Positions 39,101 through 54,100 of a DNA stretch of 64,000 nt are shown piece by piece; position 1 is the first letter of the stretch, and each line of letters starts with the position of its first letter. A program made the position numbers and the translations under genes. This stretch comes from Candidatus Omnitrophota bacterium (GTDB lineage Bacteria > Omnitrophota > Omnitrophia > Omnitrophales > Aquincolibacteriaceae): positions 92,150 to 156,149 of the forward strand of contig JAUYMS010000042.1 in assembly GCA_030698625.1 (NCBI GenBank), in the 5' to 3' direction. A model generated the notes under the pieces. The model searched no databases. It saw nothing but the letters and a program-made list of their open reading frames with translations, and was not told where the DNA came from.

Positions 39101-42100
39101 AAAGTTAAAATTTCCCGCTCGATTGTCACGAACCCATTCAACGATCCCCGGATTGATATCCGTATAGACAACGTCGGCCCCGCGGCGGCTGAGCTCCGCG
39201 GCCCAGTCGCCGAGATAACCGGCGATTGTAAGAACCTTGTCCCCCTCCTTGATGCCCAACGTGTCGAGCAACGTCTCATCGTCCGGCACCGTCGATTGAT
39301 GCGGGTTGCTGCCGAGCAAGTGTTCATGGAAAGTCCCGATGTTACGTTCCGCGAGCATCTTCTTAATGTCAGGAACGACATAGTCTGATCGCAGCTCGGA
39401 CCGCTCGGAATCGTCAGGGGTCTCGCCGCTCGGTTCCTGCCTTTTCTTTACTTCGCTTTCAGGCACGAGCTCCTCTGTCGTATCGTCAAAAACCAGTTCC
39501 TCAAATTCTTCGACAACTTCGTGCTCTACCGCAGGTGCCGGTTCCCTTGAATCAGCCTTTTCAATTTCGGTTGTCGGTAAGAATGCCTTTGTGCTCTTCG
39601 CGGTCTTCTTCTTCTTTTTCTTGGACTTAGGCTTTGGCCGCTCCGTCTGCACATTACCCGTAAAACTTGTTCCACCCTTCCAGACAACGCCTTCAAATAG
39701 CGGCGGGTATTTCAGGACCTGCGCAATAATGCCCCATGTCTCAGGCGATGGGATGGCCCCTTTTTCCCATTGCGCCACGGTTGGCCCCATTTCCTTAATG
39801 CGTTCTTCATCTTGTATAGGAACACCATGTCTGTCGGTAAAGACAAAGCCGGCTTCTCGGAGCGTATAAACCATATCGAGCTGCGTCATTCCGAGGCGAA
39901 CTCTCAGATCATAGATCCTTTCCGATAACGGAAGGTCGCGGAGCGCTTCATCGAGGTCCTCGATTCCCGTAATAAACGCGATCGGGTCCACGAGCAGCGC
40001 CTCGCCCAGCTTTAAGACAGTGCCCGATTTTGTGGGCAAGGCGTCGCGACGCTCCACCGGAGAATAAGTGTTGCTCGGTATGCCAGCCGCACTCGCGGTT
40101 TCTCCCTTCTTCTTTCCCCGCGCCTCCCGAATCAGTTCTATTCTTTTGCCGATAATCATTCCCGGTTCCTGCATGGTTTCACTGAGGCCCTCCGGCAAGG
40201 GTTGCGGTTTATAAGGAAGCGGCATGACAATAAACCTCTCCCATAGCGCCCTCAGAATCTCTGCGGCAAGTTTTCCAACTCCGGTGTCGGTACGTGCATG
40301 TTGAGGAAGGTCCTCGGTGATAACGAATCTGACACGTGCGATATTGGCAAGCGTAGGTTCGAATTCAGAAAGTCCCGCGACAATGATCTTGAGCGTTGCA
40401 ATACGCTGAGCATCGAACGCTTTGGCGAGTGAGTCTAGGAGCCCTCTCGTCTCCGGCCAAAAGGCCTCTTCAATAAGCGCTTGTGCCGAATCCGGCAAGG
40501 CCTCTCTGAGGTTGGCAAGCAGTCCTGAAAACTCGTCGGGGTCATTAGCCGCTATGGCTCGTTTCAGGGCACCCGGCCAATCCTCGGCCCGAAGCTCAGA
40601 ACGCTCTCGAATGATTTTTTTTGCATAAATTTCGGCTGCGTCCACAAGTGCAGACAGAAAGAGTCCATCCGCGAGATCGAGCCCTCGCGCCACAAAGAAA
40701 TCCACAAAGACCTTAGGCACCCCCCTATCTATAAGGTCTTTTGGCTGCGGAGCAACAAGCTCACTTTCCGAACCGATAAATTCCGAGCCTCTATAGAAGC
40801 GCATCAGCCTGCCGATTAGCTTCTTGGAGAACCGCTTTTCATGCGTCAGGTAGTGCGCAAGGGCTTCAGCTTCGCGCAGGTTTGCGGCGTCGGAATACAT
40901 GAGCTTCGCCTGAGAAGTATCGGGAAGAAAACCAAAGCTATGAACGGACTTCTTTGCCCGTTCGATGCGTCGCGGCGCCTTGAGATCAATGCTTGAACCC
41001 TCTCTATGTAAGCGGCCGTAATAGGCTTCATCAAAATCGAGTAGTTGCTTCTTGGCCTTGGCTTCCCGAATGGATTCCTCAAAACGTTGAAAAAGGATTT
41101 CTTCCTCCAAATACTCCAACGTTTCTCCAAGATTGTCCTCATCCACGATGCGGAAGAGCTGCATATCTTTTGGCGCTATGAATTGCAATCCGTCTTCGCG
41201 GCGGAGCAGCCGTGTCTCAAACTCCTTAAGGTAAGGCTCCCAAAATGAACGCCCGACTAGGAGAATCGGCCGCTTGGTCACTTTAGCCGTCTGCATGAGT
41301 TGAACGATGTCGAAAAGCCGGTTGAAAGTCCCCACCGCACCCGGCAGAAAGACATACGCGTAAGCATTGTAGGTCATCAAAAGTTGATGGTTGGATTCGT
41401 CATCGACAATAATGTGCCGATCGCCGAAAAATTCTTTGTCCGCAGCTAAAAATTCTCTCAATTGGTGATTCTCGGAGGCATCGTGCAGGACAGCTTGAAA
41501 CTTGTCAGACCAGCCTTGTTGCTTGGAGCGGTCCCTCAGACGATTATAGAGACGGCCCGTACTGGCACCCCGTATGAATACTTCGTCGAGCTCGGAAACA
41601 TAACTAGCAATCTTTTCCGCGATATTCAGTTTTCCATTTTCCCGATGAGGCCGGCCCGCCATCATCACAACCCGCTTCTGCCGGCTTAAGGTTTGAAGAC
41701 CTTGCTTGATCTCTTCATTGATCTTTTCGACCTCGCGCTGCGTGGTCCGATGAGGCGGATTCGTTTTTGCTTCCGCCAAAATAAAATTAACCGCCTCTTC
41801 GGGGTCGTCCGTAATCAGCGGAGGATCGGACCGGTAACCCAGCTGCTCGGAGATACCTTCTCTTTCGATCGTCGCAAAGAATTCGTCCATGAGCGGCTGC
41901 CAAAAATCCTTCCCGAGAAGGGCCACGGGACGCCGGCGACGCCAAAATTCGAAGAGTTCATCATGGGTCCCAACTCCGCCGGGAAGAAAGATGGACCCCA
42001 GGATATTTTCATGCAGGGCGATCTTGCGAGTCACAAAGCGTTCATAGCTCTTTACGATTTGGGTGTAAGGATTCGTGGTCTGTTCCCAGGGCAGAAGAAT

Positions 42101-45100
42101 ACGAATCCCCTGTGTCGGCAAGGTCCTGTACTTGACGTAAAGAATAAGCGCCGGAATCAAGAGGACAAACAACGTTGCCGGAATAAGGCTTGGGACCATC
42201 CATCCGAAGACGGAAATAAAAGACGGGCTCAGAATAAATAGGACGATCCCGGTCATCACATTAAATAAGCTGGTAAAGAATAGAGTCATTTCATAAAGCT
42301 TCTTGGCTTGCAGATAGCCGAGCATCGGTGCTTCCATCTCGCCCGGCCCCGCGCCTGTGCGCGGCGGTATCCCTTTTTTGTAGAGCATCTTCCCCAGTTT
42401 TACCCCAAGCTTGTAGTACGGATGATCCGGCGGTACCCTCGCGCCTCCGAGCACCGCAATAGCCGGTGTCCACTTATTGACTACCTCGAGGATAGTCTCT
42501 CGCTCCGGGATAACATCTTCGATAAGTGCCCGCAGGGATCGAAGCCGGTAGACGGGCCCATCATAGCCATCACTAAGATCCGATAAATCGGGGCTCCGAA
42601 GCTCCGAGCGAACAAGGCTCGCAAACTCGATTAACTGCGAAACCCAGTCGGGTCCGAGCTCCGCCTCAAGCCACTCGGCGGTACGGGGCAGCGCCTGGGG
42701 TACGGTCTCTAAGCCTCGCATCAGCGTAAACGTTTCCGATGCGGCACCTGGTTTATAAACAAAGGCATCCAGAAAATTGCCGAAGTCCGCCATCCGGGCC
42801 ATCCGGTTCAAAGCCTTAAAATTCTTGGCAACATAAACCCATTTCATGGGGATTTCTATGCCCGAACTTTCGATATGGAAAATGATGGCGGATAAGCTCC
42901 CGCCGATATCCTTCCTGCGATAGCGGTTGATAATCTCGTGTTTCAGCGTCGCCGCCTTGGCCGGCTGCTCGCCGCCGAGGAGATGGGTAATCACCTGATT
43001 GTATGCCGCATCCGAATTCTCGAGAAGCGGGTTCAAAATGACCGAGCGGATAAGTTCGCGATCAATATCGTCAAGGACCTGCAGGTTTTTCCGATCGAGG
43101 TAGGCGATCCAATCCCCTTCCATCTGCAGGAACTGACCCGGGTGAATATCGGAGTGAACGATACCCGTTTCAAAAAGCTGGTAAAAGAAGTTTTGCACCA
43201 GCACGGATACAACCCCTTTGGCCGAGGCCTGGTCTGCGGCTGTCACAGTTGTCTCTCCTTTTGATACTTTGGTCAGGAACTCATTAAACGAGGTTCCGTG
43301 CACGAATTTTTCCCGCCGCAAAAGCGCGGTATGAGTTTCCTGCACTCCGGGGACGAACAGTTTCTGAGGCAGGCCGTTGGCCGGACGAAACTTATCTGCT
43401 CTCTGAGAATCATGGTGTGTCTGCGCCGAGAACTCTTTGTTCTTCGCATGATAATCAGGATCATCGATTTCAGACTCGACACGCGTTTTGGCCTTATCGA
43501 GAAGGATCTTCAGAAACTCATAGAACTTGACCTCCTCGGCGCCTCTCTTTTTGCCGCGTTTGATGAGCCCGTCCAGGAGTTGATGCCCGAACTGGTGGAG
43601 TTCACCGGCGCGATACGCGGCATTCGGGTTCGTAATCCCGTCCGCCCATTCGTTGCCGTCTTCATCGACATTTCGAAACACGGTCACGATGGAACCGCCG
43701 CCCACGTATTCTCCCCATTCCATAATCCCTTTGAATAGAGGCGCATACTTGGGGTTCTTCTTCGCTTCTTCTTCGAGTATCATGTAGGCCTGCAGTTTAT
43801 TCATACCGCGCACGGCATCGAAGACATCGGCGATCTTTTCTTGATCATCATTCGAAAGTTCGAAATACATCCCGGCAAGCTGCAAGAGCGTAACCGCAAG
43901 GGACCCGGCGTGTTTAGACACCTCGACGGCGAGTTCGATCGGACTCACTTTTTCGCTGAAAGACTTGCGTTCCGTGACGAGATTCATATCCGCCATCTTC
44001 TCCATGGCGGCGTCCTCAAAGTGCACATAGGGAACGTCCCGGGGGAAAAAGACATTGAGCCCGACACCGTCTTCGGTTCGTCTGAGCTGTCCGCGCACTC
44101 CCGTAATAAAGGTTCGAATGCGGGTACGGATAAGGCGGTGGGTTTCCGGAAATTGGGCTTCGTCGGCAATATGCTCAAACCCCTTGGTTTCCAGATGCTT
44201 GACATAATCCCGAAACAGCATGTCTTCGATTCCGTCATTGGGATAGCGGTCCTTCGGAACCTGCAGCGAGACCTGTGAGAGTGCCGGACCCAGGAAATAA
44301 AAGATGTCCTGTGCATCCATGTCCGTGGCGATGGTCTCGGTAATGTCGTTGGCCACCTGCCGGGCCTTCTTCGCTTTGCCGACCTCCACATACTGGTTGA
44401 TGAAGTGCTGCACTAGGGAGCGCTTTGCCTTCTTGGAATAAAGGAGTGCGTTTTCGCCGTCCAGCATAATGGAACGAATCATGAGGTAGATCACGACCGT
44501 GTCCAACCGGTAGAGCGCCGGGTAAAATTCATCGAAGAAGATCATGCTCAGGTAGCGAATGTCGCGGATCATGTCGGCCGCCTCGAAATTTGCGCTGTCC
44601 AAGCGTGACGCATTTTCTTCCGCCTCTTCTTGCTCTTTCGAATCGGCCCTGCCTAAGGTCGGTGTACGGGCTTTTAATTCCCCGTAGTAAGCGAGATGAG
44701 CAACGCTCTCGATATTGCTCAATTCCATGGTCTCACTGGTGAAGGCCCGCCACCATTTGCGGGCCATATATTTCTTAAAGCCTTCGTCACTCTGGCGCGT
44801 GGAGATGGCCTCTAAAAAGAAAGGAAGGCGATCTCCCGGTTTGATAAACCGCACGAGCGTGTGGGCAATTTCGAGAAGCATCACATCACTGCCGGTCTCC
44901 AAAAGACGGTCTACCTGTTCCCAAAACCATTTCTTCATGACTTCCATGTCTTCATGGGACTTGGTTTTCTCCTCGGATAAGACATAAAGCCCTTCACGCA
45001 AGATGGTGCGCGGCAGATAGCTGTACTTTTGCAGGTAGGCAGCGGCCTCGTCGAAGTCCTTGGAACGCTTGATCATCTCCCGGAAGGCAATCGTCGCCAG

Positions 45101-48100
45101 GCTCATCGCCGAAAAGCTCTCCTGAGAGAGCAACGACACGGCCAGGAGGCCCTCGAAGTCTTCCGGCGTCTGGGGATAGTCTTTTTTCTGCCGCAGTTGT
45201 GCCATAAGGCTCGTGGAAATCCGGCGCCAATCCTTTTCGTATTCCAGCCGGGGCATGTTGACAAAGGCAATGCCCCATTGGTTGACCACGCGGATGGCCT
45301 CGACAAGCATAGCCTCCGTTTCCCCCTGCTCCGACAGGTGAGCCATGCGGCTCAGCGTCTTCTGCTTAACGCCTTTCAAAACTGAGCTGAGCCGCGAGCG
45401 CTCTTCAAGACCGATTGTCCAAGATTCTCCGATTTGGGCCCGATTTCTTCTTGCGATGGCGTCCTCGAGCCAAGCCATCAACTCGTCGACTTGGTTTAAG
45501 ACCCCCGTTTTTTCGGTCGACAGCCTGCGATTCAGCGTCGATACAAACTCGCGGCGAAAGGGCTGCCTGAAGAGATCAAGCAAAATAACCTTCTTCATTT
45601 CCGGCATGTAAAACTGGCGCCATTTGTCGTTTTTCCTAGCGGAGAATCGAATGGACCAATGGTTTTTAGCCTCCAGATACCCATAAAGAAACTCTGAGAG
45701 TTCTCTCATTCTTTTTTCCCGGTCCGTCGTCGGATCTAAGCTCCCATACCAATCAAGCAACGCCTGCCGCAGATCATCGGCACTCATGGCGTTGACCTCT
45801 TCCATGATCTTCTCAAAGCGGCTGGAAAATTCGGTCGTTGCCTCTTGCGCAAACAGTCCCCAATCAAACGTCACACCGCCCTGACCGGGACGGCGCCTTG
45901 AGCGTTCACGGAGCTGCGCCATTCTTTCACCCGCATCACCGGCAAGCCGCGTCACATTAGCGCCCAGAGCAAGAATCATGTCCGCTCTCTCCATGACCGT
46001 AAGCTCTCTGCGGTCCAACTGCGAGACCATGTGCTGCGTCGTCGCATTCATGAGAATGCGCATATTGGAGCGAAGCTTTTGCACTTCCTTGTCGTCCACT
46101 TCGTAGTTGATTTGGGCCGACATAATTTTGCGGACATCAAGACTTATCAAAATGCGCTCCATGAATCGTTCGGCATCAATTAAGTTCACACTCATTTCGG
46201 TCATGAAAGTCTTAATCTCATTTGTATCTACGGCGTCAAACGGGATCTCGTCCTGGAACATAACCATCCGCTCAATCTTCGGGGTGTCCGACCACCGTGT
46301 CATGACTTCGACATCGCCGATTTGATAAGCGGCCTTCCCGTGAATCAGCTGCGTCCGCACATAAACACCCATCAGGCGGGTATCCCACGAAATAAGGAAC
46401 TCCCGGGCATCGCCGAAGCGCTGCTCATAGGCCTCCGCGGCCTTCTGGCGCAGCTTTGCGAGAGCCGGGAATGCCTCCTTGAACTCTTCGTATTTTTTTC
46501 CGTCCATGGCGGAACGCATCGCCTGCTCGCTTAAGCCAAGCAATTCCTCCGGAGCGAGCGGCAACCCTATGCGTTCAAAGATCCGGGCTTCCATCATCCT
46601 CGCAACGCGCTCCGGAGTAAAATATTCGACGAATTCTTCGCGGGTTACTTCGTAGACCTCGTCATCGCCGGGAAACAGGAACCCTTCCGAGCGATGCAGG
46701 ACAATGTCATGCAGCATCAACAGCAGCACGTTCTCACCCTCCTCATCAAATCCCAGGTTCTGGTTGCGCAGAAATGTCAGCACCGCCTCTGTCCATTGAT
46801 CACGGGACAAGTGCCGCACCAAATGTCCAAACTGGTTCCAGAACCGCGCCGGCTCAGCCTTCACAAGATCTTCCACAAATCCTTCGGGAATTTCGCTGGG
46901 GATCGTATCGTCGATCCGGAGGGCATCCCAATCAATGGGATGAACATCATGGCTCAATTTGTCTAGATGAATGAAGCGGACGAACTCGCGCAGGTTGGAG
47001 TAGCGCATCTCCATGGAACCGTGCACCGGATCAAGACCGACAGCTCCTGTCGGCATAGCCTCGTCACCTTTTGCTTGCTCTTCTGCACTTTTCTGTGCAA
47101 CGCGCGCACTCCATTTTCGTTTGAACGTAAGCGCCCCGATCGGATTCACTCCCCTCTGATTGAGCTCCCACAACATCGCCAAGTCGGCTTCAAATTCATT
47201 AAGCCTCCAGATACCGAAGCCATAAATGTCAAAGGGGTCGAGATCCCCGCGTTTAAACCTATGCGACCTCTCGATGTGCCTGAGTTCATGCATGAGAACA
47301 GCCAACACTTCCTCCTCGGTATCAAGAATCTTTAACATGCCCGTCGTGATATAGATCTGACCGGCAGCGGAGGCAAAGGCGTTCTCCTCTTTGTCATCGA
47401 TAACGGCAACACGTGCCTCGTGCGTACGGATAAGCCGCTGCAACAACCCGTTGAGGAATACGCTCGTTGGATGGTTTTCCATGAGAATATTCTTCTCAAA
47501 AAGGGTCCGTTGGACGGCGATCGACTGCGCCTCAAAAAAGCGGTCACGGAAAGTCACGGCACGAAGTTCCGAGCGCTGTCCGGTTTCGACGCGCCGTAGC
47601 TCTTCGAGTTGTTCGCGTAGCCCTTCCTCTAAGCGGCGGAAGCGGTGCGGCCCCCGTGCTCCGAGCAGTGCCAGCGCCCGGCGATTGTCGAAAACCGGCG
47701 GATTCATCACCTTTGAGGGCGGGTCTACTGATAGGCGGCTCGTTTCTTCTTCTGAGAGTACGCGCAACATCTTCACCGCCCGCAACACATCTGCCGGGGC
47801 ATAGTTGTAACCGCTGGCAATATTAATGATGTCGTGTTCGCCTCGAATAATTTTTGGGAGCTGAGAAATTTCTTCCAGAACCGCCACTGCATCCGACAAA
47901 TGCACGTAATCTCTTGTATACCCGGCAAAACGCCCTTGATACCCCTTAAAAATCGGGCGAATCGCTTCCGGAATAGGATGGTTCGAAGACGTATCTTTCT
48001 TGCCGAAGAAGCTGGTGGGTCTCACAATAACAACGTTGTCACGCTTTTCGAGCAGCCGCTCACCTATCATCTTTGCGAGTTTGTAAGGATAAACTTCAGC

Positions 48101-51100
48101 CGGAATGGGATGGCTGCGTATAAATTGTTCAAGCCACTTCACGAGGGTTTCATGCAAATCATCATCTGCGTCAAACTCTTCCTGCCGCGCTTCATATTCG
48201 GCGATGACTTGATTGATCCAGTCGTTGACCTCCTTAGGAGGAACGGGGATCATGCTTTCGTCGAGAACGGCTGTAATCTGCCCGCCCGTCCAATAGACCA
48301 CCTGACTTGAGATAAAGACAACGCGTGATTTTTCCGTTCTGCCTGCACGATCGCGCAAGCGCACCACACGATCCGCACTGAAGCCGTTAACCGCTATCAC
48401 AACGGCCTCGTCTTCGGCGCGTTGCGCGGTCTTTTCCGTCATGGCGCCCGCCAGATAGACGATGTCATTGTCCTCCGTCAGCCTTGACAGAGACGCATTG
48501 GATAAAAGATCGCCGTCGACGCGCTTCAGATTCTCATGCTCCGGCAGGTTCTCAGCCCGCGGGGAGTCCGTTCGGACCAGGACTTGCACGTCATGTCCTT
48601 CGGCCAAGAAATGTTTCACTAAGCCGTTCCCGAGAACGCCCGTACCCCCAGTGACCAACATTTTTCTGGGTATCTTCTCGGTAACTACCACTTGGATCTC
48701 CGCGCCAAGCTGGATGCGCGAACCCAAAAGCGCAGCTGCGGCCGCCCCATGCCATGAGTCGCTTATGTTACTCGATGGAATCTTTCCGGACAGATCCTCA
48801 ATGGCCACCTGCGGAGCCTCATTTGTAAGATAGTCCTGAATACCGGCGCTGACGGCGTCGTGTACAAGATCCCGGCTAATCCACCCGGCGCGGTGAACCG
48901 TTAATTTATCTTCGTCGTAAACACGTGCGATTTCCGCATATAAACTTCCGAGACCCCGCCCCATTTCGACAAAAATTTGCCTCGTATAATCACGAACCGC
49001 CTCGGAGGGATTCTCCAGCAACTCTTCAAGCTGACGGATGATTCGCGGCACATCCGCGGCAGTTTTCATCTCCTGAATGTTCTTGCGGATACGCTCCGGT
49101 AAGGGATTAGCGCCACTCTCGGCGGCCAGCCTTTTTTGCAGGGATTCGATCATCCCGATCGGCGATGAAACCGTATAAAGGTCACCCTGCAAACCGCAGC
49201 GGCAGAAGTCGGAATCGCCGGAAAAGTCATATTTCAAATGTGCTTCCAGCGGTGAGGCGATCAACTCCCCGTCGTTGAGAATGGACAACCCCAGCCCCGT
49301 ACGGAAGGTTGTCTGAACAAACAAACCATGCGCAATGTCGCGGCCCTGATAGAGCCCGGCTAGATTGGCGGAGTTTTCAAAAGTCAGGTGCGGATATTCG
49401 CTTTTCAATTCTTCGAGGGATTCCTGGGCATCCGGATGATCCCGCCCAAGTTGGGGAAGGTCTAAAATGATGCCTTCCGGATGAACCAGTCCCGGCACAC
49501 CTACCGTAATCGCCATCGACTGGAGTTCACGATCAGAAATTCCGATATGACGGGCTGTATCAAGAAGTACGGTGCGAACGCCTTCTCCGATTCGGCCTTC
49601 CAACCGTCTTACGGAAATTTCCTGAGTGTAGATCGGTTCTTCGCCGTCAAAAGCCAGCACGCGAATGCTATCGGCGCTAAGGTCGACACCGATCGCGATG
49701 CCATCCTTCGACCGTGACGGCTTTTTAGGTTTGTAATCATATCCCTCCGTTCCCTGTACGGCATCGGCCCCCCAAGCCACGGGCTGACTGAAATTGGCGT
49801 GATAGGCCGGCGTTTGGTAGACGCTTTCAAAATGCGTCCTGATGGCAGTCCTTAAACTATCTTCCGAAATATCGAGATCACCGCTCAATTCAACGTCCAC
49901 CGCACGCATGCCCCGCAATTCTGCCTGATACGCCAATAAACCGCCAAAATAATCCAGAAGCTCCTGATTAGCATCCGTGAAAAGACGCCGAGGAACCACG
50001 ACTTCCTCCTGCCCCAAGCTGCCCTGCGTATGGCGAATGGTCAGACGCACGGTGATGAGATCCTTACGGGCCATAGACAACCCGAGATGCGCAATTGCTT
50101 GATGTTTCTTGCCTATCGTCTTGGCCCCGCGAAATCGGCTTAGCGACTTTTCATACTCATGCACGAGAAAAATATCACGGCGCCGGACAAATTCGTCGGT
50201 TTGAAGATTGAGCCTACGCTTGACTTCGGCGAAAGGTAAATTTTCACTTTGAACCTCGTGAGTAAAGGAAGCGATACGAAGCTTCAAGAGCGGTGTCAGC
50301 GCCGGAGCGAGTCCCCGCCTCCTGTCCGGATGCGAGTCACGATAGGCTTCGAGAAACAGAAACACGACTTCTGCCCATTCCCGGGCTGAAAAACGCCCCG
50401 CGCTTTCAAAGGAAGACCCCTCCGCAGCCAGGGCAGAGAGTTTTTGGAAGGTTGCCGCCGGCACAAGGCCCTCGTAGGTCTCCCTTTCTTGGGGAAATTC
50501 GAAACGGAAATTCTCCAGGAAGCGTTCCGGCTCAATGTTGATAAATTCTTCGGTCCGGATCCCTTCGATGTCATGACGGACAACCTCCGTCAACTCGTCT
50601 TGATCGGCCAGCCACGGCTGACGCAGCGTAAAATCAAAGAAAGCTTGCACATAATTGGGGAAACGGTTGTACGGATGCGGCACCCAATCGTGCTCCTTGA
50701 CCTTGATGTTGATTCCCTGCATCTGCTTGCCGAGTTTCGTCGCTTTGGGAATAAAAAAGAACTCTGGAAAGGCATAACTCCAAATGGAGTAATCATCGAG
50801 CAGGGCATCGAGGAGCGCGCCTTGGCGTATTCCATACTCCCCTTCAGCTTCGAGCAGTCGCTTCCCGACCCAAGCACTAAAAAACGGCGTCACGAAATGG
50901 TCCTTCAAAGAGCGGTCGTCATCTTCGTACTTGCGCGCGCTGTAACTTGACACCGTGAGGTCCTTGTCTTGATAGAGCGGCTCCAGGAACGCAGGGATCC
51001 ACTCAGGGGTCGTATTGCGAATATCATCATCCAGAATCAGGAAAACGCCGGGCCGGTCGGCCTCTTTCGGAAACAGTATCCGTGCCATCAGTAGCCCCGC

Positions 51101-54100
51101 GCGCAAGGACCATCCTTTACCGCGAAACCGGTCAGGCTTAACGTGCCCGACCACGTGGACATCTTCGTTCTCAGGGACGCGCGACTGTGATTCTTCCAGC
51201 ATGTCGGCAAATTCCGTCGCCCTCTCGGATTCCCCGGTTAAAAGAATTGTGGCCTTGCGTCCCGGGTAATGTTTTTGAATGCCTTCGGCGATGTTACTCA
51301 CCACATTCTTTGTATTCGGCGAATAGCGATACGTCGGGACCATGATAAAAATCCCGGAAGCGCCGTTCTCAGTGAGGGTCCGGCCGGCAAGCTCGATAAC
51401 GCCGCGATCGAATGCCTGGATCTCCGGCAGCATTTTCTTCTCATCTTGACGCTCGCGTAATCGTTCACGTGGCATCATCGGATACCAATGGGATTCTCCG
51501 GTCGGCCTATTGCGGGATTCATTAGAAGAAACCACACTCTCGAGGGCCGCCGCGGCCATCGCAAATGGAAAACTCAAGATTTTTGTTAGGGTTAGCAGAT
51601 TAAAGCGAATAAAGTTTAAACTCGTCACCTTGCTGCGCAGCAAACGAGATTCCAGCGTGACGTGAATCCGCGACCCTATTTTTATTAGGAGAAACAGCCA
51701 GGACTCGCGGAAAGACAACGGTCCCTTCAATGCTAAATTAAAATCGGAGATAAGTCCGTCTTCTTCCGGAACCGCGATAAAACCGGGAGCTCTGCGCCAG
51801 CGGTCGATCCAGGACGCGACCGGAATCGGCCGCCCCAAATTCATGTAGTGCTGGGAAACCTTTTGATAAAGCCAGCGATTGAGCCGCGCTTCGGCAGAAA
51901 GGATGGCGAATCCGGTGATAATGACTCCGAGAGCCGTAAGGGGCAGCCACAGGCCCGCGATCTGGGCCGCAGTAAGTGCGGCAGCCGCCGCGGCAATCAC
52001 TGCCGAGGCAAATACCCATTGCCGCCCCGCCGCTCTGGTTCCATCGCGCGATACTCCCGGCTCCGGCACCTGATCGTCGTCTACGCGAAGTTCAGACCGC
52101 ATGGCAATAAAATACCGCCCCTGTGTTTGTTCCAGCGCGGCTGCGGTATAAGCGGCTCCGCGTGCGCCGAGTTCGCGTCCGTGATCCGACGCCTTGAGGG
52201 TGTACGAAGAATCCGAATCCTTTCGCCGAATCTGGCCACCGATCTTTTCGTGAAAGGTTGCGCCAAAATCTCCCTGCAGATTACCTCCGCCAAGGACCCA
52301 CATTGCAATTCCGTTGATTCGCGTCGATTCGATAATATGTTCAGCCATGGCCTCGGCCGCCTTATCCATGAGCCGGGCGGCAATGACTTCATCGTTTGTC
52401 AGCGGCGAACCCTTTTCCCTCTTTGCCCAACCGAGCACAGCGGCAGTCATCAGGGGCTCGATCGAGAGCCCTTCAAATTCGGCTTCAAAACCCAAAGCTT
52501 TGGCCCGCTGTTGAAGGATGGGAGTACCCGCAAAATACTGAATGTGTTCGGGACGTCCGGCCATTTTTCCGATTGGGCTGGTCTGCCCCGTGAGCGTCAT
52601 GCCGCGATAGACAGAATCAAGCACAACGGATCCGTTTCGGATAACGGCCCGGCCGACTCCCGTACCCCACCACAAAACATTTGCGGTCCCCGTTCCGGGC
52701 TCGAAGATTGTGGGATTTTCCTTAACAATACCGGCCGCGACACCCTGCACGTCATTAAAAAGATTTAGGGGGACATCTCCCAGAAATTCTTTGAGCTTAT
52801 CGTAAAGACCTCGGGCACGTTGACGATCGTCGTCTGTCCAAAAGCGGTCGAGAAAGCCAAAGTTACGATTTTCATACCCGTCATTCTGCCCTGGGAGCAA
52901 AACAACCACGCGCTTAGGCTCTTCCCCGAAGCTCTCAACAAACTTTTGAACCACATCGGCAACCTCCCCAACAAAGACCGCACCACCGATTATGCCTTTA
53001 TGACGTTGGACCTCTTCACGAACAATCCGGCCGTCCTTAAGAGCGGCTAGTTTAATGGAATAAGCACCAACATCGACGCCGATAAACAGGCCCTCAGGAT
53101 AGGGTTCTATCAATCCCGGAAGCTGCTGTTCCTGCTTCACCTTTCGCGGACCTTCATCCGCGTCGCTTGCCGCTTGAACATTAACCGGACTCACTTCAGG
53201 CATAGCAAAACTAAGACGGTCCGTATGGGTCCGGTGAAGATGCGCCTCAATGCCGGCCGTGATCTGCTTTTCTGTATCCCTACCATGAGTCACTTCAACC
53301 TGGAGAGACGTACTGTGATTATCGATAAGAAGATTAAAGGAGAAGTGGGCAAGCCGTTCAACAACGGCACTTCTCAGTCCCGGATGCTCCGACCAAGGCA
53401 CGGTGAGTTCGCGACGCGGGCCGTGAGGGGTTTTTAAAACAACATTGACGGACTCAATTCCGGCCAATTCACGAATTTCCCGGAATATCGCCTCTCGCTC
53501 TGTTAAGAACGCGGTGCGATTTAGTTTTGACAGCAACCTGTCCAGGTCGGATGTCGGTCCGCGCGCAGGTGCGGCCGGAAACGGATACAACTTCCGTCGG
53601 GTCATATGTTCGGCAACCGTGCGGGGAACAAAGATCTTCGCCTTGGGATTATCGCGCACCTCCGTCGAACTGATGCCGCCGGTTTCCCTGCCGACCACAT
53701 AGACGGGCAAATCATGCGAGATACCGGCAACCACACCTCGAGAGACTTCCCCTCTCCTCTGAGTAATTTCAAGCGTTGTCGCTGCCTCCGCCAAAGGAAA
53801 ATCACGCCGTTCGGTCGTTACCAGTGACACTTTTTGAAAGTTATCCCAGGACAAATTGATTTCCGTGAGCGCTCTTTGCACGTTCCGCGCACTGCTCTCG
53901 AGCGAATCGCTGGCAGCCAGCACGGAGAGTTCCAACGAAACACCGGGGTTGAGTTCAAAGAGGTTCAGTCCGAGGGTTGCCGATCCCCACTCAGGGTGAC
54001 TGACCCCCAGGGGCGAAGAGTGGAAAAGCGGACGGAAGAGATCCGCCGTTTGATGGGCCATAAAATAACGGTTTCCCGCGGGAGACTTCGCTTCTTTGTA

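Noticed and set aside
39600-39640. (CTT)n/(AAG)n simple repeat in the giant gene as a possible phase-variation tract.
   Set aside because: It is a trinucleotide unit, so slippage would not shift the frame. It simply encodes a poly-Lys linker.
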